Part shown: one piece after another, positions 1 to 9,503 of the stretch | Numbering within the stretch: position 1 is the first letter of the stretch | How the letters are laid out: each line of letters starts with the position of its first letter | Source: a bacterium | Lineage (GTDB): Bacteria; Omnitrophota; Gorgyraeia; Zapsychrales; Zapsychraceae | Reading direction: 5' to 3' | DNA length: 64,000 nucleotides | Assembly: GCA_030429765.1 (NCBI GenBank) | Contig: JAUIER010000007.1 | Location: forward strand, 68,372-132,371 | The notes under the pieces: generated by a model | Database searches by the model: none | What the model saw: only the letters and a program-made list of their open reading frames with translations | Told to the model about the DNA's origin: nothing | Made by a program: the position numbers and the translations under genes

Positions 1-321
1 GGCGACCGCATCCACCTGTCCCAGGCTCAATGTATCCGGCGTGACCGGAATGTTCACATACTGCATCCCCAACCCGGTTACGGCCTCGCGTTCCGCCGCT
101 GTTTCTTCAACGCGCCTCAAATCAATGACGGTGCGGAATCCCAAATTACGTGCCCGGGCCAAGTCCGCCTCACTCGGCGGTCCTCCTGAAATTACATCGG
201 CACGAAGCAGCACCGCGTTTTTCATGCTGAACTCACCGGGATCGACGCGCTGCGACAGCTGACTCCAGGCCAACCAGGCCGCGACGGCCATGATAACAGT
301 TAAAATTCCAACCTTCTTCAT
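1..321 (-). CDS. DUF442/TIGR01244-like phosphatase-fold (sulfurtransferase) protein with N-terminal anchor, truncated by the window edge
   Basis: Manual translation: MKKVGILTVIMAVAAWLAW...GGPPSEADLARARNLGFRTVIDLR...GMQYVNIPV. The G.P...L...GF.TVIDLR and Y..IPV motifs match this family. ATG at 321 follows GAGGG. Confidence 0.75.
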   Translation of the reverse strand, partial: MKKVGILTVIMAVAAWLAWSQLSQRVDPGEFSMKNAVLLRADVISGGPPSEADLARARNLGFRTVIDLRRVEETAAEREAVTGLGMQYVNIPVTPDTLSLGQVDAVA

Positions 322-329
322 CTCATCCC

Positions 330-761
330 TCAACTATGATTGACTTGAATGTCATGCGGATAAGGATTGCCTGTCCCCGTCTCCAGCAAATCTTTTAAGC
401 TCAGTAGAAACACCGCCCACTTGGTGTTGCAGTGCGGTAAGAGACCGTCGACGTGATCCCATCCGGAATGCTCAAAATTAACAAAGGTCTGCTCGGGCTT
501 TTCTTTGAGCTCGAACTTGACAATCGTGTCTTCCCATTCGGGGTGAACCTCAACACATTTCCAGACCACGGTTGTCTCGGTCTGTTCCTTGACCTTGAGC
601 GTGATCTTGGCATTGTCAAAGTCAACGATCAGCGGCTCTCCAACCTCGGTCGATCCCGACGCAAAACTCCACCACTGACTAATCCCGTCAATTGTGGTTA
701 ACTTCTCCATAATTTGAGGAACTGTGGCACGGATTCCCACCTGATGATAGATCGAGTACAT
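330..761 (-). CDS. SRPBCC/AHA1-START domain protein
   Basis: LTT.DG...WW, VVWKC....EW.DT...F.L and F.H.GW...HCNTKW..FL.SLK...ETG.G.P motifs. Confidence 0.85.
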   Translation of the reverse strand: MYSIYHQVGIRATVPQIMEKLTTIDGISQWWSFASGSTEVGEPLIVDFDNAKITLKVKEQTETTVVWKCVEVHPEWEDTIVKFELKEKPEQTFVNFEHSGWDHVDGLLPHCNTKWAVFLLSLKDLLETGTGNPYPHDIQVNHS

Positions 762-793
762 ACAGCCGTTCCCTCCTCTGTCTGTAAATACAT

Positions 794-1003
794 CTAGTCG
801 CTAAGGCTTGACTGGTTCGACACAAACATAATCAGTATCGATGCGATCAGGACAATCCCGACAATCTTGATTGTCTTCAAAGCCAATTCGCGGGCCTCAG
901 CCCCCTGGAAAATCTCCAGCACGTAACAGATACTGATACTGGCCAACACCAAGATCAGAAATGTCGTCGAGAAGCGAAAAATAATCTGAATTTGTCGGTT
1001 CAT
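794..1003 (-). CDS. Small 2-TM membrane protein (69 aa)
   Basis: Start re-called to ATG 1003 (MNRQIQIIF); two hydrophobic segments. Confidence 0.55.
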   Translation of the reverse strand: MNRQIQIIFRFSTTFLILVLASISICYVLEIFQGAEARELALKTIKIVGIVLIASILIMFVSNQSSLSD

Positions 1004-1028
1004 CCCTTGTTCTCCCGTTCTGGATACA

Positions 1029-1679
1029 TTAGTCAAACTTGAGCAAGGCATTGACCACATTTTGCGCGCCCTGGGCAATCTCAATGATGTTCGAATCCAA
1101 CATATAGCATGGTCCGGTCACGATTTTTTTGTCGCGGTCGACGATCACGTCCTCGGCCTGCGTGTTTTCCGGAATCGCGCCCATGGTTCTGAGCGCCGCG
1201 TTGACATCCACGTCCTGACCGACGGTCACCCGCACATGATCGAGTAGCTTTCCGAGCAATACAGGCGCGATGCATAGCGCCCCGATCGGCTTGCCGGCCT
1301 CATGCGTACTGACAACCGCGCGCTTGACTTCCGGATGCACATCGCATTCCGGTCCATCCACGCCGAAGGTGCACAAATTAAGCGCCGCGCCAAATCCGCC
1401 CGGCATCAATAATATGTCATAATCTTCCGCCCGGTAGTCGGCCAGGTCCAGACAATCCCCGCGCGCGATGCGGGCCGATTCTTCCAGCACATTTCTGGTC
1501 TCATCCTTTTCTTCACCCGTGAGGTGATTTTTTACGGCGTGCTGATTGACATTCGGCGCGAAGCATTGATATGTGCATCCAGCCCGTTTAATGGCCAGGA
1601 GCGACATGGTCGCCTCGTGAATCTCACTTCCGTCCTGATATCCGCATCCGGATAACAACACTGCAAATTTTTTTGCCAT
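1029..1679 (-). CDS. elbB: ElbB/ES1 glyoxalase (DJ-1/PfpI superfamily)
   Basis: AVLLSGCG..DGSEIHEA, ESARIARG, PGGFGAA.NL and G..CIAP motifs. Confidence 0.93.
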   Translation of the reverse strand: MAKKFAVLLSGCGYQDGSEIHEATMSLLAIKRAGCTYQCFAPNVNQHAVKNHLTGEEKDETRNVLEESARIARGDCLDLADYRAEDYDILLMPGGFGAALNLCTFGVDGPECDVHPEVKRAVVSTHEAGKPIGALCIAPVLLGKLLDHVRVTVGQDVDVNAALRTMGAIPENTQAEDVIVDRDKKIVTGPCYMLDSNIIEIAQGAQNVVNALLKFD

Positions 1680-1708
1680 GGAATACCTCGCTATGTTGAC
1701 GCTTGAGA

Positions 1709-2098
1709 CTATCCGTCTGAAGCGATGACTTCAATTTCGACTAAACTGCCCAACGGCAATTTGGAGACTTCGACTGTTGATCGGGCCGGCGCGATCTCGG
1801 CCTTAAAATGTTCGGCGTAAATCGCGTTCATGGCGGCAAAATCCCCTAGATCGGTCAGAAAAACCGTCGTCTTCACCACGTGATCCAGCGTTAAACCGGC
1901 TTCGGCCAAAACGGCCTTGATATTGGCAAAGACCTGCCGCGTTTGATCTGCCACACCGCCTTCCACCATATTTCCGTCCGGGGTCAGCGGAATTTGACCG
2001 GCCAAATAAACAAAACCACCTTGCCGCACAGCCTGACTGTAGGGGCCGACGGGTTGTGGCGCTGATTGTGTAAGTATGATTTGCTTGGACATAATCAT
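1709..2098 (-). CDS. ridA: RidA/YjgF family enamine deaminase
   Basis: AP.PVGPYSQA, AGQIPL, VVKTTVFL.D..DF..MN.IY and PARS.V.V..LP....VEIE motifs. Confidence 0.93.
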   Translation of the reverse strand: MIMSKQIILTQSAPQPVGPYSQAVRQGGFVYLAGQIPLTPDGNMVEGGVADQTRQVFANIKAVLAEAGLTLDHVVKTTVFLTDLGDFAAMNAIYAEHFKAEIAPARSTVEVSKLPLGSLVEIEVIASDG

Positions 2099-2189
2099 TT
2101 CCTCTATGAATTACGGATGGTCCGGCGCTGCGGCACAGACCGGTATTGATCGGCTAATTCAGATATTCTAACACAAAATGCGATTTTGG

Positions 2190-2726
2190 TTATGATTTTT
2201 GAGGGATTGTTTTGACAATTCGCGGCCAATGGATACGAAACAGCCACTGAAAGGAATGACGGCTGACAAAGAGTATCACCAAAACGGCAAACGACAGCCA
2301 GATCAGATCGGATAATTGAAATTGATCTTTGGCACTGTCAATGAAGGAGATGAAGGCCCCGGCCGAAACAGCGGCCAGCTCAACCGACATCTTGTGACTG
2401 TATTCCTGCTGAAAGAACATCTTCAGATTTCCAAAAAACAGGATGTAGCGTACCACCAGAAAACCGATGAGTACGGCCAGAACCGCGACGAGCTGATGAC
2501 TGCGCCGAACCCCGCCTACCGCCAGCCAACGGATGACCAGCGCGCTGATCAGCCCCATCATCACGACAGGCCACATCTGTGCGTGCTGCTGATGAACGGC
2601 GTACATGCCCCACAGGGATCCGAAACCTACAGTCCCGACGACCGCCGTGACAAACGCCGGCCCGATCGTGTCGACCGGTCCATGTTCAACTGGTGCAATT
2701 CGGGATTTTTCGAGTAGCTTCGGCAT
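2190..2726 (-). CDS. Hypothetical multi-pass membrane protein
   Basis: 178-aa ORF with about 4 hydrophobic helices, co-oriented with neighbours. Confidence 0.6.
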   Translation of the reverse strand: MPKLLEKSRIAPVEHGPVDTIGPAFVTAVVGTVGFGSLWGMYAVHQQHAQMWPVVMMGLISALVIRWLAVGGVRRSHQLVAVLAVLIGFLVVRYILFFGNLKMFFQQEYSHKMSVELAAVSAGAFISFIDSAKDQFQLSDLIWLSFAVLVILFVSRHSFQWLFRIHWPRIVKTIPQKS

Positions 2727-2856
2727 AAGAATTATTCCTATGCCTCATGCTAGACCGATCGATCAATCGATGGAATGGTTTGATCCCGACAAAAACTAAC
2801 CTGAAGGATTCAAATGATGGCGTTTACTAGCTTTTTAAAACCTTGGCCTGACTTTT

Positions 2857-3282
2857 TTATTCGTCCCAGGCCGTGGTATCATACGATGTGTCAGCCGGCG
2901 CCGACGCCATTTCCGGTGATCCCGCGCCCTGAGAGCCCATCGATCCACCTCCGCCTTCACCGCGTTTGGGAAGAAAGTGAACATTATTCGCCACAATCCG
3001 TACCCGGCTTTGCGTCTTTCCGTCACGCTCCCATCGATCCTGTTTGAGCCGCCCCTCAACGATAATCCCGCTGCCGCGTGATAAATACTTCGAACAATTT
3101 TCCGCGACGACTCCCCAGACTTCGACATCAAAGTATGAAACTTCTGAAATCTTCTCGCCGTTCTTGGAATACACGCGGTTGTTGGCGATTGATAGATTAC
3201 ACACCGGCCGTCCCGACGAGGTGTATTTCATTTCCGGATCACGCGTTAAATTCCCCATAATACTCACTGTGTTTAAACTCAT
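2857..3282 (-). CDS. ssb: Single-stranded DNA-binding protein with non-canonical C-terminal tip
   Basis: MSLN.V...GNLTRDPE, F.DV..WG..AE....YL.RG..I.VEGRL.QDRW; Gly-rich tail ending TTAWDE; start re-called to ATG 3282, which overlaps the upstream stop (ATGA) and follows GGAGAGG. Confidence 0.92.
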   Translation of the reverse strand: MSLNTVSIMGNLTRDPEMKYTSSGRPVCNLSIANNRVYSKNGEKISEVSYFDVEVWGVVAENCSKYLSRGSGIIVEGRLKQDRWERDGKTQSRVRIVANNVHFLPKRGEGGGGSMGSQGAGSPEMASAPADTSYDTTAWDE

Positions 3283-3914
3283 ACAGACCTCTCCTTTTGG
3301 ATGGATGATGTTTTGATGGATACGATATCTGAAACAAAGAGCAACACCATGCCCATGATTTGCGCTAAAAGACACATCATAAATCGGTCCTGCCGTTGGT
3401 TGACCAGACCGATGATCTTTGCACGCAGCTGCTGTTCCTCAATCACCGATTGCGATTGCAGCTGCTGATATTTAATTTCGTATTTTTTATGGTTCGCCCG
3501 CACGGGTGTGTATTGGTTGACCGAGCGAAAATTCTGGCTGAAGTCCTGACAGAATTTTTCATTGCCTGATCCGGCCTCTATGCCGCAGACCAGATTGACG
3601 AGGCTCAGCTTATAAGCATTGAGGATGGCCGTCTCCAGCGGATGATTGAATTTCTCGACGGGTGAACGGTATGTCCGTCGTAAAAATTCCAGATGGTCCT
3701 GCAGATCGGCCCATCGTGTGTGCTGCAGCCTGACATCCGCGGACAGTTCACGCAGAAATGTCCGCTGTCTGTGCTGCTCATCAAGGTCAAACCTCAACTG
3801 ATGGATACGCGTGTCCGTCTGATGACCCGACATCACAAGAACGGCCGCGCCGCCCACCAGACACAAATAGGCAAATGAACGGATCAAAATAAAAAGCGGT
3901 CGCGAATTACTCAT
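3279..3914 (-). CDS. Hypothetical 2-TM protein with helical extracytoplasmic domain
   Basis: Hydrophobic segments at both ends around a helical region; overlaps both neighbours. Confidence 0.6.
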   Translation of the reverse strand: MSNSRPLFILIRSFAYLCLVGGAAVLVMSGHQTDTRIHQLRFDLDEQHRQRTFLRELSADVRLQHTRWADLQDHLEFLRRTYRSPVEKFNHPLETAILNAYKLSLVNLVCGIEAGSGNEKFCQDFSQNFRSVNQYTPVRANHKKYEIKYQQLQSQSVIEEQQLRAKIIGLVNQRQDRFMMCLLAQIMGMVLLFVSDIVSIKTSSIQKERSV

Positions 3915-4857
3915 TCACCTCTCCGGCGACAACTTCCTCGGGCGTTTCCACCGGCTCGCGTGTCAGGCTTTTATAGATAATCGTGATCCATTTGTCGGTA
4001 TTGAGAAATCCCTTCCCCCACCGTTCGACGATCTCCGGATCCAACCCATCTTCCTGAGCCTCTTCCAACGATTTACCGTCTGCAACCGCCTCGGCAACCG
4101 TCTCACGTGAAAGTTTGAGCATCTCATGAAAGTCGGCCAGGTCTTGCCACTCGGCTAACGGCCCGTGGCCGGGAATAATCTTGGCGTCGGGATCGACGAG
4201 CGTCATCAGTTCCGCGACATTGGCGATGTACGCGTCGACATCACCGCCGGATTCCAGATCGATAAACGGATACATCCCGTTAAAGAACAAATCGCCTAAA
4301 TGGACCACATTCTCTTCCACAAAGAAGATCACGCTGTCGCCATCCGTGTGGCCGCCCGGAAAATGGAAAACCATCAGTTCATCACCGTTAAAGTGCACGG
4401 ACACCGATTCTTCATACGTAATGACCGGTAACGCGACCGCCGGACTGGGCTCCACGACCCGGTCAAAAAATTTCATTTCCTGACCGGCTGCCATACGTAG
4501 CCGGACATTATCATGCGCGATAATCGTCGCCTTGGCGCCGAAGTGCTCGTTGCCGCCCGTATGGTCCCCGTGCCAATGCGTGTTCAGGACATACCGGATG
4601 CGGTCCGATCCCAATTCAGCAATCGCCGCCTCAATCTTTTCAGATAACGGCGCGAACTGATCATCGATCATCAACACACCGTCCGCCCCCACGGACAATC
4701 CGATATTTCCTCCCGATCCGGTCAGCATATAGACCGACTTGGATAATTTCTGGACCTTGATCTCAACATCGGCGTGATCGGGTTCCGCCTGCACGGACGC
4801 AGCCAGACTGACGCACAAGGTTAAGATCCAAAGACATACAAATTTACGCATGATCAT
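3907..4857 (-). CDS. Secreted metallo-beta-lactamase-fold hydrolase (cyclase-like)
   Basis: Signal peptide; THWHGDHTGGN, GHTDGD, HLGD and PGHG metal-binding motifs. Confidence 0.9.
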   Translation of the reverse strand: MIMRKFVCLWILTLCVSLAASVQAEPDHADVEIKVQKLSKSVYMLTGSGGNIGLSVGADGVLMIDDQFAPLSEKIEAAIAELGSDRIRYVLNTHWHGDHTGGNEHFGAKATIIAHDNVRLRMAAGQEMKFFDRVVEPSPAVALPVITYEESVSVHFNGDELMVFHFPGGHTDGDSVIFFVEENVVHLGDLFFNGMYPFIDLESGGDVDAYIANVAELMTLVDPDAKIIPGHGPLAEWQDLADFHEMLKLSRETVAEAVADGKSLEEAQEDGLDPEIVERWGKGFLNTDKWITIIYKSLTREPVETPEEVVAGEVNE

Positions 4858-4886
4858 CTCCTGTTAATGGTGGGCATTAAAGGAGC

Positions 4887-4895
4887 ATTATAGCA
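4887..4895 (-). promoter_or_regulatory. Extended -10 promoter element
   Basis: TGCTATAAT on the minus strand upstream of the MBL gene. Confidence 0.6.
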
Positions 4896-4959
4896 AACCC
4901 GTCTGCAATTGGGGATAAATTTTGACGGATCCATGCACGGAAGTATGCCTAAATTTTGT

Positions 4960-5160
4960 TCATCGTGTTGGGACAGACTTTATTTGTAACTGTAATCGAC
5001 GGATCGTCTTTCGTTGTCGGTTCAGCATCACGATCAGCGCAATGGTTGCCGCCGGCCACAGCCAGCAAAAGATAATCACATTGATCTGCTTGTAAGTCAG
5101 ACCGGTCCAGTCCGCGATGTCATATAAAAGGGTGACGGCGATATCGAATGTCAGGTCCAT
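4960..5160 (-). CDS. Small membrane protein (66 aa)
   Basis: Strong RBS AGGAGGAG; G.TY..INVIIFC..WP hydrophobic core followed by a basic tail. Confidence 0.7.
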   Translation of the reverse strand: MDLTFDIAVTLLYDIADWTGLTYKQINVIIFCWLWPAATIALIVMLNRQRKTIRRLQLQIKSVPTR

Positions 5161-5172
5161 TGCTCCTCCTGG

Positions 5173-5982
5173 TTAACGATTAAGATGCCTCACCTGCGAT
5201 CTAAGGCCTTTCAACTGCTCCGTCTCCATTAAAAAATGCCGGATACGCCGATACATCTCAAGCGAAATCCGCGTTTGCGCAATGGTTAAGATACAACGCC
5301 GCCGCCGATACCGGATCGCGTCCAGCACGTGCAGCCAGACCTCAGTCTCTGTGTATTGGTGTTGGATGACCTCAAGAATTATGTTCCAGCGTTCCGGCGG
5401 GATCAACGATAACACTGAAAACACAAAGGTCTTGAGATCATCCGCATGACGGATCACCGATGGACAGCGCGCGTCATGACATGTCTCAAAGTCAATCCAC
5501 TGGCCCGAGCGCGTTGTGTCGTCACAGATCACATTAAAAGTCGTGGCATCGGCATGACTGAGAAAGCGCGCGCGTTCATCAAACGGCAGCACGGTCAGAT
5601 GCAGACGGATCAGGGCCTCGACGGACGCGGTGATCGCGCTGACTTGGCGGGCTTCAGAACAGGCGGGATCCGTCAGGATCGCGTGAAGCGTCCGGCCGGA
5701 CCGCTCGGGGATATAGACGCGATGCCCATCCACAAAGACATCGTCGTTGTAAAGCAGTCGGTACATATCGCGCTCCCGATGCTCCCAGGCCGACCGATGC
5801 AGAAAACGTGTCCGCACACCGAACAGCTTGAACAAACCGTTGGCCGTGGCAATCATCAGAGCGCTATGCCAGCGACGCGACTTTCGGATAAATGGTTTTT
5901 TACAGTAAGTGATGGATTCGGTATGATTGATCCGGACCCGCATCATCGCGCGGGTCAGCATAGACAACGCGGCATAGATCAT
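5173..5982 (-). CDS. Protein-kinase-like (APH/RIO/Kdo-type) fold protein
   Basis: SHADATTFNV resembles the HxDxxxxN catalytic loop and WIDFE the DFG-like motif; start re-called to ATG 5982 overlapping the upstream stop (ATGA). Confidence 0.65.
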   Translation of the reverse strand: MIYAALSMLTRAMMRVRINHTESITYCKKPFIRKSRRWHSALMIATANGLFKLFGVRTRFLHRSAWEHRERDMYRLLYNDDVFVDGHRVYIPERSGRTLHAILTDPACSEARQVSAITASVEALIRLHLTVLPFDERARFLSHADATTFNVICDDTTRSGQWIDFETCHDARCPSVIRHADDLKTFVFSVLSLIPPERWNIILEVIQHQYTETEVWLHVLDAIRYRRRRCILTIAQTRISLEMYRRIRHFLMETEQLKGLRSQVRHLNR

Positions 5983-6740
5983 CGGGTCACCTTCCAGTAA
6001 GACGGTCGCATCTTGAGCATGGCGCTGTTCAAACGACTCCGACACGCCCGTCGATAATCGCCATACGTTTGTCCGGCGGCTTGAAAGACCGGCCGATGAC
6101 CAAACCATACCACCCGTGACGTGACATCAAAAAACACCCGATAGATCACTTCGGTCATCCAGCTCATGACCCCGGGACGACGCTTACGCAAAATCGCCAG
6201 CCGCTGCGCCTGAAAGCTCACATGATCATCCTCATCGTCGATGATCTGATCACACAAAGCGATGAGAATTTTAGAGTTCGTTGCCTCACGCAACGCCGGG
6301 TAATATACCTGGGCGATAATCTCCGCCGCCACCAGAATCGACACGGACATCTCCAGATTCGCCAAATGCCTCAACCATCGAAAAACCGAATCAGTCGGTA
6401 TCTTTTTGATAATCGCGATTCCGTTTAATTGCATAAAGCGACCCAGGTCCCGGGCGTGCCGCTGTTCCTCTTTGATAAATAATTTGATCGCATCGTAATA
6501 AGGAAGATCATTGGTGGATTCGGCATGCTCCCGCGCACAACGGGCCAGGTGTTTACCCTCCGATCGTTCACCGAGCTGAAAGATTTGAACGGACGCCTGT
6601 ATCGCCCGGCGCTCGGATTCGGTAAGCTCCGCCCCGGCGCCCCAGGGAATCTGGCGTAAATTGTCATTATTTTCCTGAAAATATTCCAGCCACTGATTGG
6701 AATCCCGATCCTGCACCTGTGTGTGTTCATTGAGTAACAT
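5979..6740 (-). CDS. Ferritin-like diiron domain protein
   Basis: FQLGE.SEG, EEQRH, AEIIA and DEDDH give the E...ExxH...E...ExxH pattern; start re-called to ATG 6740 after GGAGGG. Confidence 0.8.
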   Translation of the reverse strand: MLLNEHTQVQDRDSNQWLEYFQENNDNLRQIPWGAGAELTESERRAIQASVQIFQLGERSEGKHLARCAREHAESTNDLPYYDAIKLFIKEEQRHARDLGRFMQLNGIAIIKKIPTDSVFRWLRHLANLEMSVSILVAAEIIAQVYYPALREATNSKILIALCDQIIDDEDDHVSFQAQRLAILRKRRPGVMSWMTEVIYRVFFDVTSRVVWFGHRPVFQAAGQTYGDYRRACRSRLNSAMLKMRPSYWKVTR

Positions 6741-6788
6741 AATCCCTCCCCGTTGGGACACCTACGACGGCGTCCATTTTATACAATT

Positions 6789-6808
6789 ATTTCTGTCATG
6801 ACTGAAAT
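6789..6808. promoter_or_regulatory. Palindromic operator, copy 1 (putative GbsR-family site)
   Basis: ATTTCTGTCATGACTGAAAT, a 20-bp inverted repeat with one mismatched pair, upstream of the ferritin-like gene. Confidence 0.75.
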
Positions 6809-6833
6809 TTTGATCCAAAAAAATATAGGGTCC

Positions 6834-7382
6834 CTAGCCCTTTGATTTTCCTAAAATTTGACTGACTTTTCCCGCCATCTTGACATACTTCTTGATCGTC
6901 TCCACCGGCATGTTCTCGACCTTGGCGTACCAGCCGGTTGTCGTGTCAAAAAAGCCGATCATCTCGTTCATCTTGGTTTGGGCATAGGCGTCCTGCTTTT
7001 TGCGCTTGAGCTCGTCGTGGGCATGGGTCAGGGTCTCAATCATCGGATCGATCTCCCGTCGTTTCTGCTCATGCACCACGATCTGAAAGACCTCCCACAC
7101 GTCTTTGACACATTCAAAGTGCTTTTTCCGCTCGCCCGGCACCGAGATCACCCGAACAATCCCCCAGCTCTGCAGCTCTTTGAGGCTGCCGCTGACATTG
7201 GAACGGGCCACCTTTAGGGCGACGGTGATATCATCCGCCGTGAGCGGCCGCTCAGTCAGAAACAGCAGGGTGTAGATCTGCGCCTCGGTACGGTTCAATC
7301 CCCAATGCGACAACTTCTCCCCCCAATTCAGGATAAACGCCTCGAGCTCTGGACTTAACATTACTTCATTTTTTTCAGTCAT
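6834..7382 (-). CDS. GbsR/MarR family transcriptional regulator
   Basis: FI..WGE....WG.NRT.AQI..LL, VARSNVS.SLKELQSWG and G.RK.HF motifs. Confidence 0.9.
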   Translation of the reverse strand: MTEKNEVMLSPELEAFILNWGEKLSHWGLNRTEAQIYTLLFLTERPLTADDITVALKVARSNVSGSLKELQSWGIVRVISVPGERKKHFECVKDVWEVFQIVVHEQKRREIDPMIETLTHAHDELKRKKQDAYAQTKMNEMIGFFDTTTGWYAKVENMPVETIKKYVKMAGKVSQILGKSKG

Positions 7383-7389
7383 GACAGAA
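7374..7389. promoter_or_regulatory. Palindromic operator, copy 2, overlapping the regulator start codon
   Basis: TTCAGTCATGACAGAA is the exact reverse complement of the 16-bp core at 6791-6806. Confidence 0.75.
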
Positions 7390-7417
7390 TTATATGTAAT
7401 TTATAGGGAATTGTCAA
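7389..7417 (-). promoter_or_regulatory. Perfect sigma70 promoter, probably giving a leaderless mRNA
   Basis: TTGACA-N17-TATAAT, then 6 nt to ATG 7382. Confidence 0.85.
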
Positions 7418-7745
7418 CCTCAATCTGCTCACCCGAAGGACGCTCATAATATTCCATAGCTCTATCCAATTCTTTGGACACAGAACTTAAAACTGGAACA
7501 ACCAAAACCACTGAGACTAATAGTAATGATCTTTTGACGCCTTTGCGAAGCGGATACAAAGCCTGCGCGATGGCGACAAATATTACACTAAATGTAACCG
7601 CTGCTGAAGCATATCCCAAGGCGTAGGCGGTCGATTCTCCTTCATATCTCCCTTCCGCAAGCTTCATCCCAAAATTGGCAATTACACATACAACACAAAA
7701 AATTATTTGAAAAACTATAAATGCTTTGTTGAGAAAGTTTTTCAC
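7401..7745 (-). CDS. Hypothetical 3-TM membrane protein (AT-richer)
   Basis: Start re-called to GTG 7745 (VKNFLNKAF) so that it follows the upstream gene; hydrophobic helices. Confidence 0.5.
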   Translation of the reverse strand: MKNFLNKAFIVFQIIFCVVCVIANFGMKLAEGRYEGESTAYALGYASAAVTFSVIFVAIAQALYPLRKGVKRSLLLVSVVLVVPVLSSVSKELDRAMEYYERPSGEQIEVDNSL

Positions 7746-7747
7746 CT

Positions 7748-8011
7748 TTACCAAACCCGCATCAACATGACATTGATCACCGCCCAGACCATCACGCTCA
7801 CCAGCATCGCGCTTTGCAGCGAGCGACTTTTGAATAAGTACATGGAGCAGCAAAACAAGGTGAACGGACAAATCACAAAGCACAGAATATGCTCGATGCC
7901 GGGATAGCCGTCGGAAGGCGTCAGCGGCGACAACCACCCCATCGCGTTAAACACCAGCGCCGCCAGCGCGTATCCGAATCCAAACAAATTGCGCACAAAA
8001 GATGATGACAT
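7748..8011 (-). CDS. Small 3-TM membrane protein
   Basis: 87-aa hydrophobic ORF. Confidence 0.55.
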   Translation of the reverse strand: MSSSFVRNLFGFGYALAALVFNAMGWLSPLTPSDGYPGIEHILCFVICPFTLFCCSMYLFKSRSLQSAMLVSVMVWAVINVMLMRVW

Positions 8012-8187
8012 GAAAACTCGCTTTTTTTAGTTGGTACCCACCGTTATATTACAAAAACTGGCCACTCCTTGAGCATGACTTCGCTTAATCCATAAATAGA
8101 TCTTCCATCAAAAAAGCCAACTCAACACTTCTCCATTACCAACATGACTTTATTTTTCCAGTGCTCTTCGAGAGATCGGAACGCGGG

Positions 8188-9486
8188 TCACTTATTGTTT
8201 ACAGATTCCGTCTCTATGCTCAACCAACTCCACTTTCTTGGAAACTTTCCCTGACTACGGTCAAACTTGATAGGCACTCTAAGCGAAACAGCTTGCGGCG
8301 TCTTATCTTCGAAAGGTCTAAACCTAAACAACTGGATCTCACTCGAAGAATCACTTTCGTTACTTGCAAGCGGCACGATTGGTATAATTATACTGTCATC
8401 TGACAAAAAGCTTCCCTGAGTACAGTGCACGGAATAGTCTTTTGCCGGAGTATACCGAAGAACCCGCTGATTTGATACCTCATAGAATGTCAATCGCGTT
8501 TGAAGATCTTTTGACCACCCCTTATAGCTTATCCTTTCGGGCTGACAACTAACCAACCGATCTCCATCTTTTGACCATTGCACCCCCGAATGTCGAACGT
8601 ATTCACTAAACAGATTCGTTAACTCTTTACCGTTCAGAGCGACAATGCTAAATTGATCCACTTCGCTCACGGCGAGGTTTTTTGCGTTCGGTGAGAGCGA
8701 TAGTTCAGAGAAATCATCAAATGGAAGACTGTCACATCCTGTAGTATCACAAATCAAAGGACTGCGTCCGTCATTCTCAAAGTTGATTATAAATGTTTTG
8801 CTGTGGGCGATAAAGTCAAAGTCCTCCACGTTCAGCGTAATATCGACAATCTTCTGAGCTTCCCCCCTGGATACTTTCATCTCACGTTTAGGAGGAAAAA
8901 GTTCGTCTGTAGATAAAACCTGTAAAACATCAACGAATACATCCTCTTGCCTATCATAATACGCCAGGCGAAAAAAATTTGTCTTTTTATCTTTGAGAAA
9001 CAGACCAATATACCGAGGGTTAACCCTATAAGCCTCGAGCTCTATATCAGTCAACTCAATCCCAATCCGCATTTTTCTAAGGCTTGAGTCGCTCAAATTA
9101 ACCACGTAAAGTCCATCTGGTCTTTGTTCGATGAGGGTGTCGTCATCTAAAAAGTCTAATCTGTCAAAACGTTCACAGGAAAGAATTTGCTTCAAATCAC
9201 CCGTTGTCCGATCCAGCAGAAATAATCCGTAGTCTTGGTAGCCCCCGCTTGCCTCGTCGTATCGGCGGGCGCCTAATAAGAACCATTTGTGGGAAGGACT
9301 TATTTTGATCTCATCAATAAATAGATCATTATGTGTCAGCGAGCTGGTCTCTAAAGTATGTATATCCGTCTGCCGCAGAGGGGATCCCCACGCCATGTGG
9401 GTAAGGACAGCTTCTACGGGAGGCTTGCGATCCTCAGCCTGTGCGGATTGAAACCCACCGGCACAGTCAACCAGAACTAAAACCAT
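8188..9486 (-). CDS. Secreted TolB/WD40-like beta-propeller protein (AT-richer, start uncertain)
   Basis: Repeated ISPS, LSPN and WSKDG blade motifs; signal-like N-terminus ending AQA; the long ORF-track start overlaps the next gene. Confidence 0.6.
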   Translation of the reverse strand: MVLVLVDCAGGFQSAQAEDRKPPVEAVLTHMAWGSPLRQTDIHTLETSSLTHNDLFIDEIKISPSHKWFLLGARRYDEASGGYQDYGLFLLDRTTGDLKQILSCERFDRLDFLDDDTLIEQRPDGLYVVNLSDSSLRKMRIGIELTDIELEAYRVNPRYIGLFLKDKKTNFFRLAYYDRQEDVFVDVLQVLSTDELFPPKREMKVSRGEAQKIVDITLNVEDFDFIAHSKTFIINFENDGRSPLICDTTGCDSLPFDDFSELSLSPNAKNLAVSEVDQFSIVALNGKELTNLFSEYVRHSGVQWSKDGDRLVSCQPERISYKGWSKDLQTRLTFYEVSNQRVLRYTPAKDYSVHCTQGSFLSDDSIIIPIVPLASNESDSSSEIQLFRFRPFEDKTPQAVSLRVPIKFDRSQGKFPRKWSWLSIETESVNNK

Positions 9487-9503
9487 GACTAAAATACCCC
9501 AAA

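Noticed and set aside
8012-8187. Possible gene remnant in an AT-rich spacer
   Set aside because: Only short broken frames with no recognisable family.
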